In this document: positions 8,660 to 16,752 of the stretch, piece by piece
How the letters are laid out: the number at the start of each line of letters is the position of its first letter
Position numbering within the stretch: position 1 is the stretch's first letter
From: a virus
IMG/VR virus record: IMGVR_UViG_3300045988_130114
Location: 12,650 to 76,649 of that record
Length of the DNA stretch: 64,000 nucleotides
Direction: 5' to 3' (one strand)
Position numbers and translations under genes: made by a program
The notes under the pieces: model-generated
Told to the model about the DNA's origin: nothing
Database searches by the model: none
The model's input: the letters and a program-made list of their open reading frames with translations, nothing else

Positions 8660-8776
8660 CGAATGTCGTTCAAGCTGGCTGGTTGATTGGTATTATGGTA
8701 GATGTGCATAGTTCGATTTTATGCGTTACTCTGGTATCGGTCAATCTTACAGCGTGGGAAGACATGCAAATTTGTT

Positions 8777-8943
8777 GGTGGTATGGCGTAATTGGTATAC
8801 GCTAATCAAGATGTAAGGTGCAAAATTCCAGGATAACCGTTAATAACCAAACCGGAAACCTGCGAGACATCTTAGGAATGACTGAATTAAAAATCAGAAA
8901 GCCGCAAAAACTCCACCTGCAGGTTCGAATCCTGCTGCCACCA
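8777..8943 (+). ncRNA. over-length (167 nt) tRNA-like RNA gene
   Basis: 7-bp acceptor GGTGGTA/TGCCACC, D arm GCGT-AATTGGTAT-ACGC and T arm GCAGG-TTCGAAT-CCTGC. About 115 nt lie between the D and T arms. Confidence 0.4.
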
Positions 8944-8947
8944 CTAA

Positions 8948-9136
8948 GAGATAAAATGGTCATAGGGCGCTAAGACTAAATGAACGGAAATTCTAAGTGT
9001 ACATAAGAATGGATGTCATCAAGACCGGTGCTGTTAGTAACAGGTTGAGTAGTTTAAAGATCGTAGGATAGCCAATCTACGGACGAAAGCGAGAAAGCAG
9101 ACGATACTTGTGCAGGTTCGACTCCTGCTTATCTCT
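8948..9136 (+). ncRNA. over-length (189 nt) tRNA-like RNA gene
   Basis: 7-bp acceptor GAGATAA/TTATCTC and T arm GCAGG-TTCGACT-CCTGC. A large structured insert lies between the 5' arm and the T arm. Confidence 0.35.
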
Positions 9137-9209
9137 CAATGAAGAAATGGTTGATTTTGTATTTAAGCCTTCCTGGAATACGCCAGGAGGGCATTAAATC
9201 TAAATTAGT

Positions 9210-9223
9210 GTATGAAGTCATAC
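9210..9223 (+). promoter_or_regulatory. GTATGAAG-NNN-TAC hairpin/uORF motif, copy 1
   Basis: gtatgaagtcatac lies 23 nt upstream of the 9246 start. Confidence 0.4.
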
Positions 9224-9245
9224 ATAACTTGTAAAATATACTGAT

Positions 9246-10547
9246 ATGTTCCAAGGAACGACACCACCTGAAGTAAAACTGCTCCTTCAAGATATAATGA
9301 AAGGCGTAGAAAAGAAAGATGTTTTTATCGGATGTTCCGGTAATTTCACGACCGACAAAATTATGTCCAACATGGGATATACTGTACATTCCAATGATGT
9401 AAGCCTATATTCTAAGCTAATTTCTGATCTGCTGCTTGACACAAATACAGATATTGAAGTTGTAAATCCTGAATTACGTCTGGTTTTTGATACTTGGAAA
9501 GATACAAGATATAAAAATCTTGTTCAGGTAATGTTTGCCATGAGAGTATCAGGCTTTCATCAAAGAAAGAATGATTATCAGGAGGAAATGTTCAATTCGT
9601 TTATAGAGCAGGCTGACATTTATTATCACAATACCATATCGAAATTAGAAAAGGGTGCTTTGAATTTTAATATAAGCAGTTTCTTTTATGGCGATTTTTT
9701 TGACTTCCTAAAAAGTAAAAAAGGTAAGGGGATAGGTATTGCTTTTCCTCCCACTTATAAAGGAGGATATGAGAAGATGTTTAGCTATGTAGAAGATAGT
9801 TTTAGATATGTTCATGCTCCCTATAATGTATTTGACCCCAAAGAAGGTGGGGTGATGTTTAAATGTCTTCTTGAGAATGATGAAAACATCATCTATTCTG
9901 ATAGATATTTCCAGGAAATAAACGACTTCCTTGTTGGTAAGATAAACTTGGGGCCTGGTAAGAATCCGATATACACTTATTCTAGTGTAAAGCGGGATAA
10001 GCATTATTACATTGAACGTGATAAAAATATAAAGCCATCATGTATTCATATTTTGCCAATGGATTATGAATTTACAGATAGCACAGAAATATCAGCAAAG
10101 ATATGCCCAGTTAGTGATGTGAACTACTATAAAGCATTTTACATGGCAAATAAGGTTAACTATACAACTGGTGGGGACTTGGGATTGGTATTCATGGCTG
10201 ATGGAAAAGCGTTCGGTTTTTCTTCTTTTAGCAAAAAACTTTCTACTCTTGAGCAGATTTTTATGCGAAGCGATTTTGTTGTAAACTCAAATACTCAGAG
10301 ATTGAGTAAATTATTGATCATGCTTGTTAAGTCTCATAATGTAAGAATGCTGATTGCCCGAAAAATGGCTAACTACTACGATGGAGTGAAGACTACCGTG
10401 TACACAACAAGCCCAATTTCAATGAAATATAGAGGAGTATTTGATTTAGAACGCCGAGATGAAGGCAAGCTAATGTATTCTGCTAATTTTTTAGATGATT
10501 CATTAAAGGATTTATATAGATTATGGTTGAAAAAATACAAGAAGTGA
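9246..10547 (+). CDS. putative Dam/D12-like DNA adenine methyltransferase with C-terminal extension
   Basis: DVFIGCSGNFT...VHSNDVSLYSKLI (motif I region-like) and IAFPPTYKGGY (DPPY-like). The motif reading is weak and unsearched. Confidence 0.4.
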   Translation: MFQGTTPPEVKLLLQDIMKGVEKKDVFIGCSGNFTTDKIMSNMGYTVHSNDVSLYSKLISDLLLDTNTDIEVVNPELRLVFDTWKDTRYKNLVQVMFAMRVSGFHQRKNDYQEEMFNSFIEQADIYYHNTISKLEKGALNFNISSFFYGDFFDFLKSKKGKGIGIAFPPTYKGGYEKMFSYVEDSFRYVHAPYNVFDPKEGGVMFKCLLENDENIIYSDRYFQEINDFLVGKINLGPGKNPIYTYSSVKRDKHYYIERDKNIKPSCIHILPMDYEFTDSTEISAKICPVSDVNYYKAFYMANKVNYTTGGDLGLVFMADGKAFGFSSFSKKLSTLEQIFMRSDFVVNSNTQRLSKLLIMLVKSHNVRMLIARKMANYYDGVKTTVYTTSPISMKYRGVFDLERRDEGKLMYSANFLDDSLKDLYRLWLKKYKK

Positions 10548-11287
10548 AAGATGTTCATCTTATTCAGGGGAAACTGGATGATGTAAACAAGTTGATTGCT
10601 CCATATAAGTTAGCATATGTAAGCCCTATAAACGATTGTGTTCCGTTGGAGAAGAATGCTCACTATATGGAAAAAAGCACACTAGATAGACTAACAGCAA
10701 ATGTGGCTGAAGACGGTTTTTTATCTCAGCTCCCGTTTGCAATGAAACGAAATGACGGTAAATATCTCATTTTGTCGGGAAATCATCGCTTAAAAGCTGC
10801 TATTAAAGCTAAGTTGGAATATATTCTAATCTTGTATATTGAAGAGGTTGATAAAGATAAGCAGATTGCCTATGTGCTTAGTCATAATGCTTTAGTAGGC
10901 AAAGATGATGCTCAGATGCTTAAGGAGATTTATAGCGAGATGCGCACTATTGAAGCAAGAGAGTTTCCTGGTCTTAACGGCATTCAATTTATTGATACGG
11001 ATAAGATTCCCACGGTCTCTATTAATGATGGGGATATAGAGCTTACCGAAATGAAGTTCTTGTTTACTGAAAGCAGGAGCAATGATGTCAAAGCTGTTCT
11101 AGCGGAACTAGAAAAACAGAAAATATCTGCAAATAGTTCGATAGTTGTCGGCTCCTATGAAGAATTTATTAAGGTAGCTACAGAGGTTAAGAAAAAATTT
11201 AATATAAAAAGTAATACGGTGGCTTTTGCACGTATGATTGATATTTGCAAAGCCTTTTTGCTTGAACTGAAAGAAGAGGAGGTATAA
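10523..11287 (+). CDS. ParB N-terminal (ParB/Srx nuclease-like) domain protein
   Basis: YLILSGNHRLKAAIKA carries the GxHR motif. Located upstream of the terminase genes. Confidence 0.6.
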   Translation: MVEKIQEVKDVHLIQGKLDDVNKLIAPYKLAYVSPINDCVPLEKNAHYMEKSTLDRLTANVAEDGFLSQLPFAMKRNDGKYLILSGNHRLKAAIKAKLEYILILYIEEVDKDKQIAYVLSHNALVGKDDAQMLKEIYSEMRTIEAREFPGLNGIQFIDTDKIPTVSINDGDIELTEMKFLFTESRSNDVKAVLAELEKQKISANSSIVVGSYEEFIKVATEVKKKFNIKSNTVAFARMIDICKAFLLELKEEEV

Positions 11288-11288
11288 T

Positions 11289-11780
11289 ATGGCAGGGAGA
11301 GGTAGGCCCAAAATGGAGATTTCTCTTTATGATAAATATATAAAAGGGAAGGAAGATCTTATTATAGCAGACTGTAGGAATGGGGCTGACAATAAAGGTT
11401 TATGTGTGCGTCTTGGAATAGGACTTACTACGTTCAAAAGTATACTAAAGAAACATCCTGAAGTTATAGATTTGTTGAAGGAAGGTAAAGACGAAGCCGA
11501 CATGAAGGTAGAGAGTGCTCTATATAAACGAGCTATTGGCTATGATATTGAGGAAACTACAACTGAGGTGAAAATAGGAGAGGATGGATCTGGTCAAACG
11601 ACTGTGGTAAAGAAAACGAAAAAGCATGTCGCGGGAGATACAACAGCACAAATATTTTGGTTAAAAAATCGTAGACCAAATGAATGGAAAGATAAACAAG
11701 ATGTAAATGTTACTAATGATGATTGGGTAGATGCTTTAAAATCATTAACCAGTTCATATAAGAATGGTGACAAAGGATGA
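11289..11780 (+). CDS. terS: terminase small subunit
   Basis: Position directly before TerL. C-terminal TAQIFWLKNRRPNEWKD is typical of TerS families. N-terminal HTH-like region. Confidence 0.7.
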   Translation: MAGRGRPKMEISLYDKYIKGKEDLIIADCRNGADNKGLCVRLGIGLTTFKSILKKHPEVIDLLKEGKDEADMKVESALYKRAIGYDIEETTTEVKIGEDGSGQTTVVKKTKKHVAGDTTAQIFWLKNRRPNEWKDKQDVNVTNDDWVDALKSLTSSYKNGDKG

Positions 11781-13305
11781 AAAAAAGAAACTCATAAGTG
11801 AAATTATAGCGTATTGGTCGAAGGATTGGAATAAATTTGTCCGTGATGCATTATGCGCAAGATTAGATCGTGAGCAGCAAGCTATTATTGAGTCTGTCCA
11901 ACATAACCCCATGACTGCTGTTGCAAGTGGAACTGCTCGTGGAAAAGATTTTGTTGCGGCCTGTGCTTCGTTGTGTTTTATGTATCTTACTCCTAGATTT
12001 AATGAAAAAGGTGTGCTTGTTGGGAATACCAAGGTGGCCATGACAGCACCAACAGGGAGGCAAGTGAAAAATATTATGACTCCTGAAATCAGAAGGTTGA
12101 TTCGTGCAGCAAGGGCAAAGTTTCCTTTTTGTTGTCCAGGCAGATTGGTTGCTGATGACATAAGAACGGATTATGAAGAATGGTTTTTGACAGGATTTAA
12201 AGCAAATGACAACGCAACTGAATCATGGTCGGGATTTCATGCAGCAAATACCATGTTTGTTATCACGGAGGCATCAGGTATATCCGAAATTGTTTATAAT
12301 GCGATAGAAGGTAACTTACAGGGAAATTCTCGGATGCTCATAGTGTTTAATCCTAATATTACTACTGGATATGCATCTAGAGCCATGAAATCAGAACGTT
12401 TTGCTAAGTTTAGGCTTAGTTCTCTTAATGCGGAGAATGTGGTAAAAAAACAAGTTATAATTCCAGGTCAAGTAGATTATGAATGGGTAAAAGACAAAGT
12501 AATAAATTGGTGCTCTCCCATTCAGCAAACGGACTTTAATGAGGGAGAAGGCGATTTCAAATGGGAAGGTAGCCTATACCGACCTAATGATTTATTTCGA
12601 GTTAAGGTACTTGGTATGTTCCCAAAAGTTTCTGAAGATGTACTTATACCTTATGAATGGATAGAGATAGCAAACAGGAATTGGCAAGAATTACAAGCAA
12701 ACGGTTTCATTCCTGTTAAATCTTGCAAGTTAGGGGTTGACGTTGCCGGTATGGGACGAGACAATAGTGTGCTTTGTCCGAGATATGGAAACTATATTAC
12801 TCAATTTGAAGTGCATCAATCTGCTGGACGTGCGGATCACATGCATGTAGTAGGTATGACAATACCATATTTAAAGAAGAAGGGAGCAAAAGCATTTATT
12901 GATACGATAGGAGAGGGTGCAGGTGTCTATTCTCGTTTGTTGGAGGAAGAATTTACAAATGCTTTTTCATGTAAATATTCAGAAGGTGCGGATGGATTGC
13001 ATGATATTACCGGAGAATATGAATTTGCCAATATGCGAGCATATTTGTATTGGGCTTTGCGTGATTGGCTCAATCCTAAAAATGGATTTGGTGCAGCTTT
13101 ACCCCCATGTGATCAGTTGATGGAAGAAGCGACTGAAACTAAATGGAAGTTTCTTAGTAATGGAAAGATTATCATTGAGGCTAAAGAAGACATCAAAAAA
13201 CGTATCAAGCGTTCTCCTGACTATATGGATGCATTAGCGAATACATTCTATCCTAGGGATTACAGCTTTATTAGCGATGAAGAGCTGCTCAAAGATTTTT
13301 TGTAG
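11764..13305 (+). CDS. terL: terminase large subunit
   Basis: 513 aa, placed after TerS and before the head genes. ATPase-like N-terminus (VASGTARGKDF) and a nuclease-sized C-terminus. Confidence 0.8.
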   Translation: MVTKDEKKKLISEIIAYWSKDWNKFVRDALCARLDREQQAIIESVQHNPMTAVASGTARGKDFVAACASLCFMYLTPRFNEKGVLVGNTKVAMTAPTGRQVKNIMTPEIRRLIRAARAKFPFCCPGRLVADDIRTDYEEWFLTGFKANDNATESWSGFHAANTMFVITEASGISEIVYNAIEGNLQGNSRMLIVFNPNITTGYASRAMKSERFAKFRLSSLNAENVVKKQVIIPGQVDYEWVKDKVINWCSPIQQTDFNEGEGDFKWEGSLYRPNDLFRVKVLGMFPKVSEDVLIPYEWIEIANRNWQELQANGFIPVKSCKLGVDVAGMGRDNSVLCPRYGNYITQFEVHQSAGRADHMHVVGMTIPYLKKKGAKAFIDTIGEGAGVYSRLLEEEFTNAFSCKYSEGADGLHDITGEYEFANMRAYLYWALRDWLNPKNGFGAALPPCDQLMEEATETKWKFLSNGKIIIEAKEDIKKRIKRSPDYMDALANTFYPRDYSFISDEELLKDFL

Positions 13306-13369
13306 TTGTGTTTCTTTTAGTACCTTTGTAGCCGAAAACACTTCTTTTGTGTTTTCATTGCTCTTATGT

Positions 13370-13404
13370 GTGCTGGCTTGTGAAAGTCGGCACCATTTTT
13401 GTTT
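13370..13404 (+). terminator. putative intrinsic terminator after terL
   Basis: Hairpin GTGCTGG/TCGGCAC (with G-U pairs) followed by CATTTTTGTTT. Confidence 0.4.
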
Positions 13405-13542
13405 ATAGCAAAAGTTAAATCTTTGGTTATGAGTGTTTTATGACTAAAATAATTGTGTAAATATTTGGCTAATCCATTGATAATGAGTATCTTTACAATA
13501 CTAAAAGAAACCAATATTACTAACAATTAAAATATAAGAGCA

Positions 13543-13827
13543 ATGAAAGCAACAGACCTCTTCAATTATAGAAAAGAAGATTTTGAAACTATTGAATCAT
13601 TCTCAAAGAGAGTATATGAGACAGCAAAGAGATATAGAAGTTCTTTGCACTTTACACCACAAGAAAGCTATCACGTACTAACTATACTTGCGAAATATTA
13701 TAATGAGAACGTGTCTGACATCCTTTCTGCTATAAGAGACATTGAATTTAGATGTGCTTCAAAGAAATACAGAATACAGTGGGTAAAGTGTTTAGCAGAC
13801 CATTATTTGGTAATAGATAAAAGATAA
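13543..13827 (+). CDS. hypothetical protein
   Basis: 94-aa ORF. ATG preceded by ATAAGAGCAATG. Confidence 0.45.
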   Translation: MKATDLFNYRKEDFETIESFSKRVYETAKRYRSSLHFTPQESYHVLTILAKYYNENVSDILSAIRDIEFRCASKKYRIQWVKCLADHYLVIDKR

Positions 13828-13869
13828 GTTTAACCAGCAGGGCGAAAGCCCTGCGCAATATACACAATT

Positions 13870-14034
13870 ATGAAAACAGATTGGACAATAACAGTGATGA
13901 ATCCCAAAACAAGACGTGTAACAACTGAACGAATCCTCGGAACAGAGGAAAACCTTGCAGAATATGTGAGAACAATGGCTGAATCAGAATGGTTGATAAT
14001 ATCAATAAACAATACATTTGTTGAACTAAAATAA
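13870..14034 (+). CDS. small hypothetical protein (54 aa)
   Basis: Hand-translated MKTDWTITVMNPKTRRV...NTFVELK*. Confidence 0.3.
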   Translation: MKTDWTITVMNPKTRRVTTERILGTEENLAEYVRTMAESEWLIISINNTFVELK

Positions 14035-14152
14035 TAAGATTATGGACAAGAAAGAAATACAAGCAGCCTTTTGTCAAAGGGTAAACGACATCTATATGAA
14101 GCTAACAAGCGACTATAATAAAAATAGATATTGACAAAGAATACTAATATTT

Positions 14153-14176
14153 ACACCTAGGTGTACACCTGGGTGT
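14153..14176. promoter_or_regulatory. two abutting 12-bp palindromes ACACCTAGGTGT / ACACCTGGGTGT (operator-like)
   Basis: Read directly. They sit immediately after a TTGACA...TAATATTTAC promoter-like stretch. Confidence 0.55.
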
Positions 14177-14285
14177 AGGCTTGTTTTGTTTATTCTTTTG
14201 CACCTTTATCTCATTCGAGGTAGCGGTTTTCTTTTTCTATCATGGCAGGAATCGAAAACCTAAATGAAGCCAGTAGTTATGTATA

Positions 14286-14417
14286 ATGAAGGAAGAGATA
14301 ACCTTTGAAGCTATGCCTAAAGCAATAGCATACCTCATCACCAAAGTAGAGGATTTAGAGAAAGTTCTATTAGAAAAGAATGAAGCACCATCTGCACCAG
14401 TAGATAAATGGCGATAA
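14286..14417 (+). pseudogene. truncated N-terminal remnant of a Bacteroides HTH_17/excisionase-family gene (43 aa)
   Basis: MKEEITFEAMPKAIAYLITKVEDLEKVLL...DKW resembles the N-terminal leader of this family. It stops before the HTH. Confidence 0.35.
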
Positions 14418-14486
14418 ATTTACATCTGATGAAATAGTGGGTATTAAAGCTAAATTACAAAATTAGATACTCTTAAAGCGGCATTT

Positions 14487-14537
14487 AATAGCACTTAGTA
14501 GACACAAATAAAGTGGCTATTAAGTGCTATTTTTTTG
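14487..14537 (+). terminator. intrinsic terminator
   Basis: 11-bp perfect stem AATAGCACTTA/TAAGTGCTATT followed by a T-run (TTTTTT at 14531-14536). Confidence 0.7.
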
Positions 14538-14677
14538 TTTGATATTAGGTTAATTTTCTTGTTTATGTTTGCATTGTTCTTACAACGGTGATAGTTGGTA
14601 ACACCGTTTTGAATGAGCAAATAGGCAGAACCGACCAACGTTCTGCATTAAGGCTCTTCCATATAAAAACAAGAACA

Positions 14678-14953
14678 ATGGAAGAAAAGATTAATCAGAT
14701 TTTAGTTTATACCTTATTGGCAGCAAAGAACGTGCTGACATTGGATGATGTATCGCTATTAACTGGGCTTAGTAAAAGTCATTTGTATAAACTTACCTGT
14801 AATCGTCAAATACCGCACTACAAACCTAATGGAAAACAGTTGTACTTTGATCGTACTGAAATAGAAGCATGGATGAAGCAGGGGAAAGTGAATACTATTG
14901 ATGAAAGTGAACAGATGGCAGCTGTTTATTTAGCAAAGGCTTCAAGGAAGTAA
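14678..14953 (+). CDS. HTH_17 (MerR/excisionase-family) DNA-binding protein
   Basis: LTLDDVSLLTGLSKSHLYKLTCNRQIPHYKPNGKQLYFDRTEIEAWM. Start taken at internal ATG 14678. Confidence 0.65.
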   Translation: MEEKINQILVYTLLAAKNVLTLDDVSLLTGLSKSHLYKLTCNRQIPHYKPNGKQLYFDRTEIEAWMKQGKVNTIDESEQMAAVYLAKASRK

Positions 14954-15052
14954 GGAGGTAGGCTATGGAAAAAAAGAAAAAGGGCAGTCTCCACAACCAC
15001 CCAATTCCATGATGATGAGGCAAAGATAGAAAAAGAAAATGGAATAAACAAG

Positions 15053-15271
15053 GTGTACAATAATAAAGACGATTATTATTTTGATAGTTGTTCTTTTCAT
15101 CCGATTGGTACATTAGTGGACAGACAAGGACAAGAGATACTAACAGATAGGTACATTATAAGAGGTAGATATAATGATTTCGTCAAAGAGTTTGATCACA
15201 ATCCTACCGATCGAGAGATAAACAACGCTTTAGTTTTTAGATTTGGTCTCAATTCAGGTTTTTTAATGTAA
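15053..15271 (+). CDS. hypothetical protein
   Basis: 72-aa ORF. Confidence 0.35.
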   Translation: MYNNKDDYYFDSCSFHPIGTLVDRQGQEILTDRYIIRGRYNDFVKEFDHNPTDREINNALVFRFGLNSGFLM

Positions 15272-15624
15272 TTAATCCAACAGATTTCTGGATATCATAA
15301 TATACACGATTATGAAAGCAGATTTAGTTTTAATGATTAGCCCCGAATCCCCACTGATGAAGCAACTGGCAAAGTGTTGGGTAAGTTATGTACTATGTAC
15401 GACTTCTATACCATAGACAAAAGGTATGTCACGATACGGTATGATAAAACAAGTCTTGCAGTAGCTTATACGAGTGAAGAAAGATTGAATTTATCCAAGA
15501 AATGATAAAAAAATAATCGTAAATACTTTGTCAATCCAAATAATATTACTATATTTACATATATAAAAGAACTAATTAATACCCATCGCACGGGCGTGAG
15601 ACACACGTAGAAACTGTTTTTATT

Positions 15625-15933
15625 ATGGCAACTTACAGAATCATCGCAAAAACAAATGGCTACATTGCCAACAGAGACATCCAATTTAATGGTAGGACAG
15701 AAATAATCGTTGAAAGAGAATTGACTCTAAAAGAGGCTTATAAGATGCTTCTTGATATGTTCAATGAAAAGTATGCCGACAACGAAGAAGTAGGATACGC
15801 CGCCAACTGGGGTATTGCCGTTATCCGTTCACGCAAGTATGTGGATGGTGCTACACCTACATTCAGTGATGGTACCCGATCTTTCGATTGGGATGGAAGA
15901 AGCTATGTGATTGAAGCAGAAGAAGTAGAATAA
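15625..15933 (+). CDS. hypothetical protein
   Basis: 102-aa ORF preceded by a TTGTCA...TATATTTAC promoter-like stretch. Confidence 0.45.
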   Translation: MATYRIIAKTNGYIANRDIQFNGRTEIIVERELTLKEAYKMLLDMFNEKYADNEEVGYAANWGIAVIRSRKYVDGATPTFSDGTRSFDWDGRSYVIEAEEVE

Positions 15934-15978
15934 TAATTAATCTTATAAGCTGTGCTATCGGCATGACGGGCAAAGAAT

Positions 15979-16161
15979 ATGAAAATATTATATTGCAATA
16001 ACAGTGAATTACTTGAGATATTTGAAAGTAACAGTATTGAAATGATTTGTAATGAAGATATGCAAATTGAAATCTCAGATGAAGATGCTTTAAGAATTGG
16101 AACAATCGTAGATAAGTTTGCGCCTGCTGCAAGTGGCGATTATTCAATAGAAGATAAATAA
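15979..16161 (+). CDS. small acidic hypothetical protein
   Basis: 60-aa ORF. Confidence 0.35.
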   Translation: MKILYCNNSELLEIFESNSIEMICNEDMQIEISDEDALRIGTIVDKFAPAASGDYSIEDK

Positions 16162-16162
16162 T

Positions 16163-16570
16163 ATGACCAACAGATTTAAATTAGAACATAGTCAAGACCT
16201 GCCAAACTGGTGGGTCTTGACTGATATAGAGAACTTGATAGTATGTAAGTTTAAAGAACACGAGTTCAACGAAACTCAAAGGATTACCATTCTTGATGAT
16301 AGCAAGTATGCGAACAACTCGAATTGTGCCAACGAAATAGCGCACATCATGGCAGAGATGGGCGACTATATGTTTTCCCATTGGTATTCGATAGCTTTGC
16401 CTACACCAGTATTTGAGTTTCGGCAAGATGATAAAAATGATAGATTATTGCTTATTCGTAATAAATTTCCAAAGTATACTATTGAGATACAAGATGATTA
16501 TGATTTAAAGCAATTATCTGATGCCTTAAAAGCATGTGGTGAGTTTGTGAAAAAGGTATCTAAGCATTAG
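16163..16570 (+). CDS. hypothetical protein
   Basis: 135-aa ORF. Confidence 0.45.
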   Translation: MTNRFKLEHSQDLPNWWVLTDIENLIVCKFKEHEFNETQRITILDDSKYANNSNCANEIAHIMAEMGDYMFSHWYSIALPTPVFEFRQDDKNDRLLLIRNKFPKYTIEIQDDYDLKQLSDALKACGEFVKKVSKH

Positions 16571-16590
16571 ATAAAAATAAAGTTACTTAA

Positions 16591-16629
16591 AAGTCGCATT
16601 ATTATAGTCACTTTTATTATATTTGCACC
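16591..16629 (+). promoter_or_regulatory. phage promoter-family copy 2 (TATATTTG -7 box)
   Basis: aagtcgcattattatagtcacttttattatatttgcacc. The TAnnTTTG box lies at 16618-16625. Confidence 0.5.
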
Positions 16630-16726
16630 GTAGCATTTGATGCTAACGTGCTCCTTCACGTTTCCGGATAGTGCGTATTGTGCTATCCGGTTTTGGGGGG
16701 AGTATTTATATATGTTCAACTAATCA

Positions 16727-16744
16727 CCGTATGAAGAAGTACGG
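16727..16744 (+). promoter_or_regulatory. GTATGAAG-NNN-TAC hairpin/uORF motif, copy 2
   Basis: ccgtatgaagaagtacgg lies 9 nt upstream of the portal start. Confidence 0.45.
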
Positions 16745-16752
16745 AACAGCCT

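Noticed and set aside
8190-8711. Track ORFs 8190..8429 (+), 8325..8603 (-) and 8442..8711 (+).
   Set aside because: They overlap the end of the DUF488 gene out of frame or run straight through the tRNA-like genes. They are likely not coding.
8700-8735. A T-arm-like hairpin, CATAG-TTCGATT-TTATG, between the second tRNA and the first long element.
   Set aside because: No complementary acceptor strand or D/anticodon arms could be found around it. It is probably a tRNA remnant or a coincidence.
8777-8943. A mini-tmRNA interpretation. AGGTG (8816-8820) can pair with CACCT (8914-8918) just before the T arm, and an Ala-initiated mini-frame GCA AAA TTC CAG GAT AAC CGT TAA follows.
   Set aside because: The element is far shorter than known tmRNAs. 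It has a proper D arm and the putative tag lacks the usual hydrophobic C-terminus. The pairing also competes with a longer hairpin.
11754-12161. Antisense ORFs opposite terL, and similar cases (24472..25014 -, 47666..48052 -, 59967..60431 -, 62222..62587 -).
   Set aside because: They lie opposite confidently assigned genes and show no motifs, start context or promoter.
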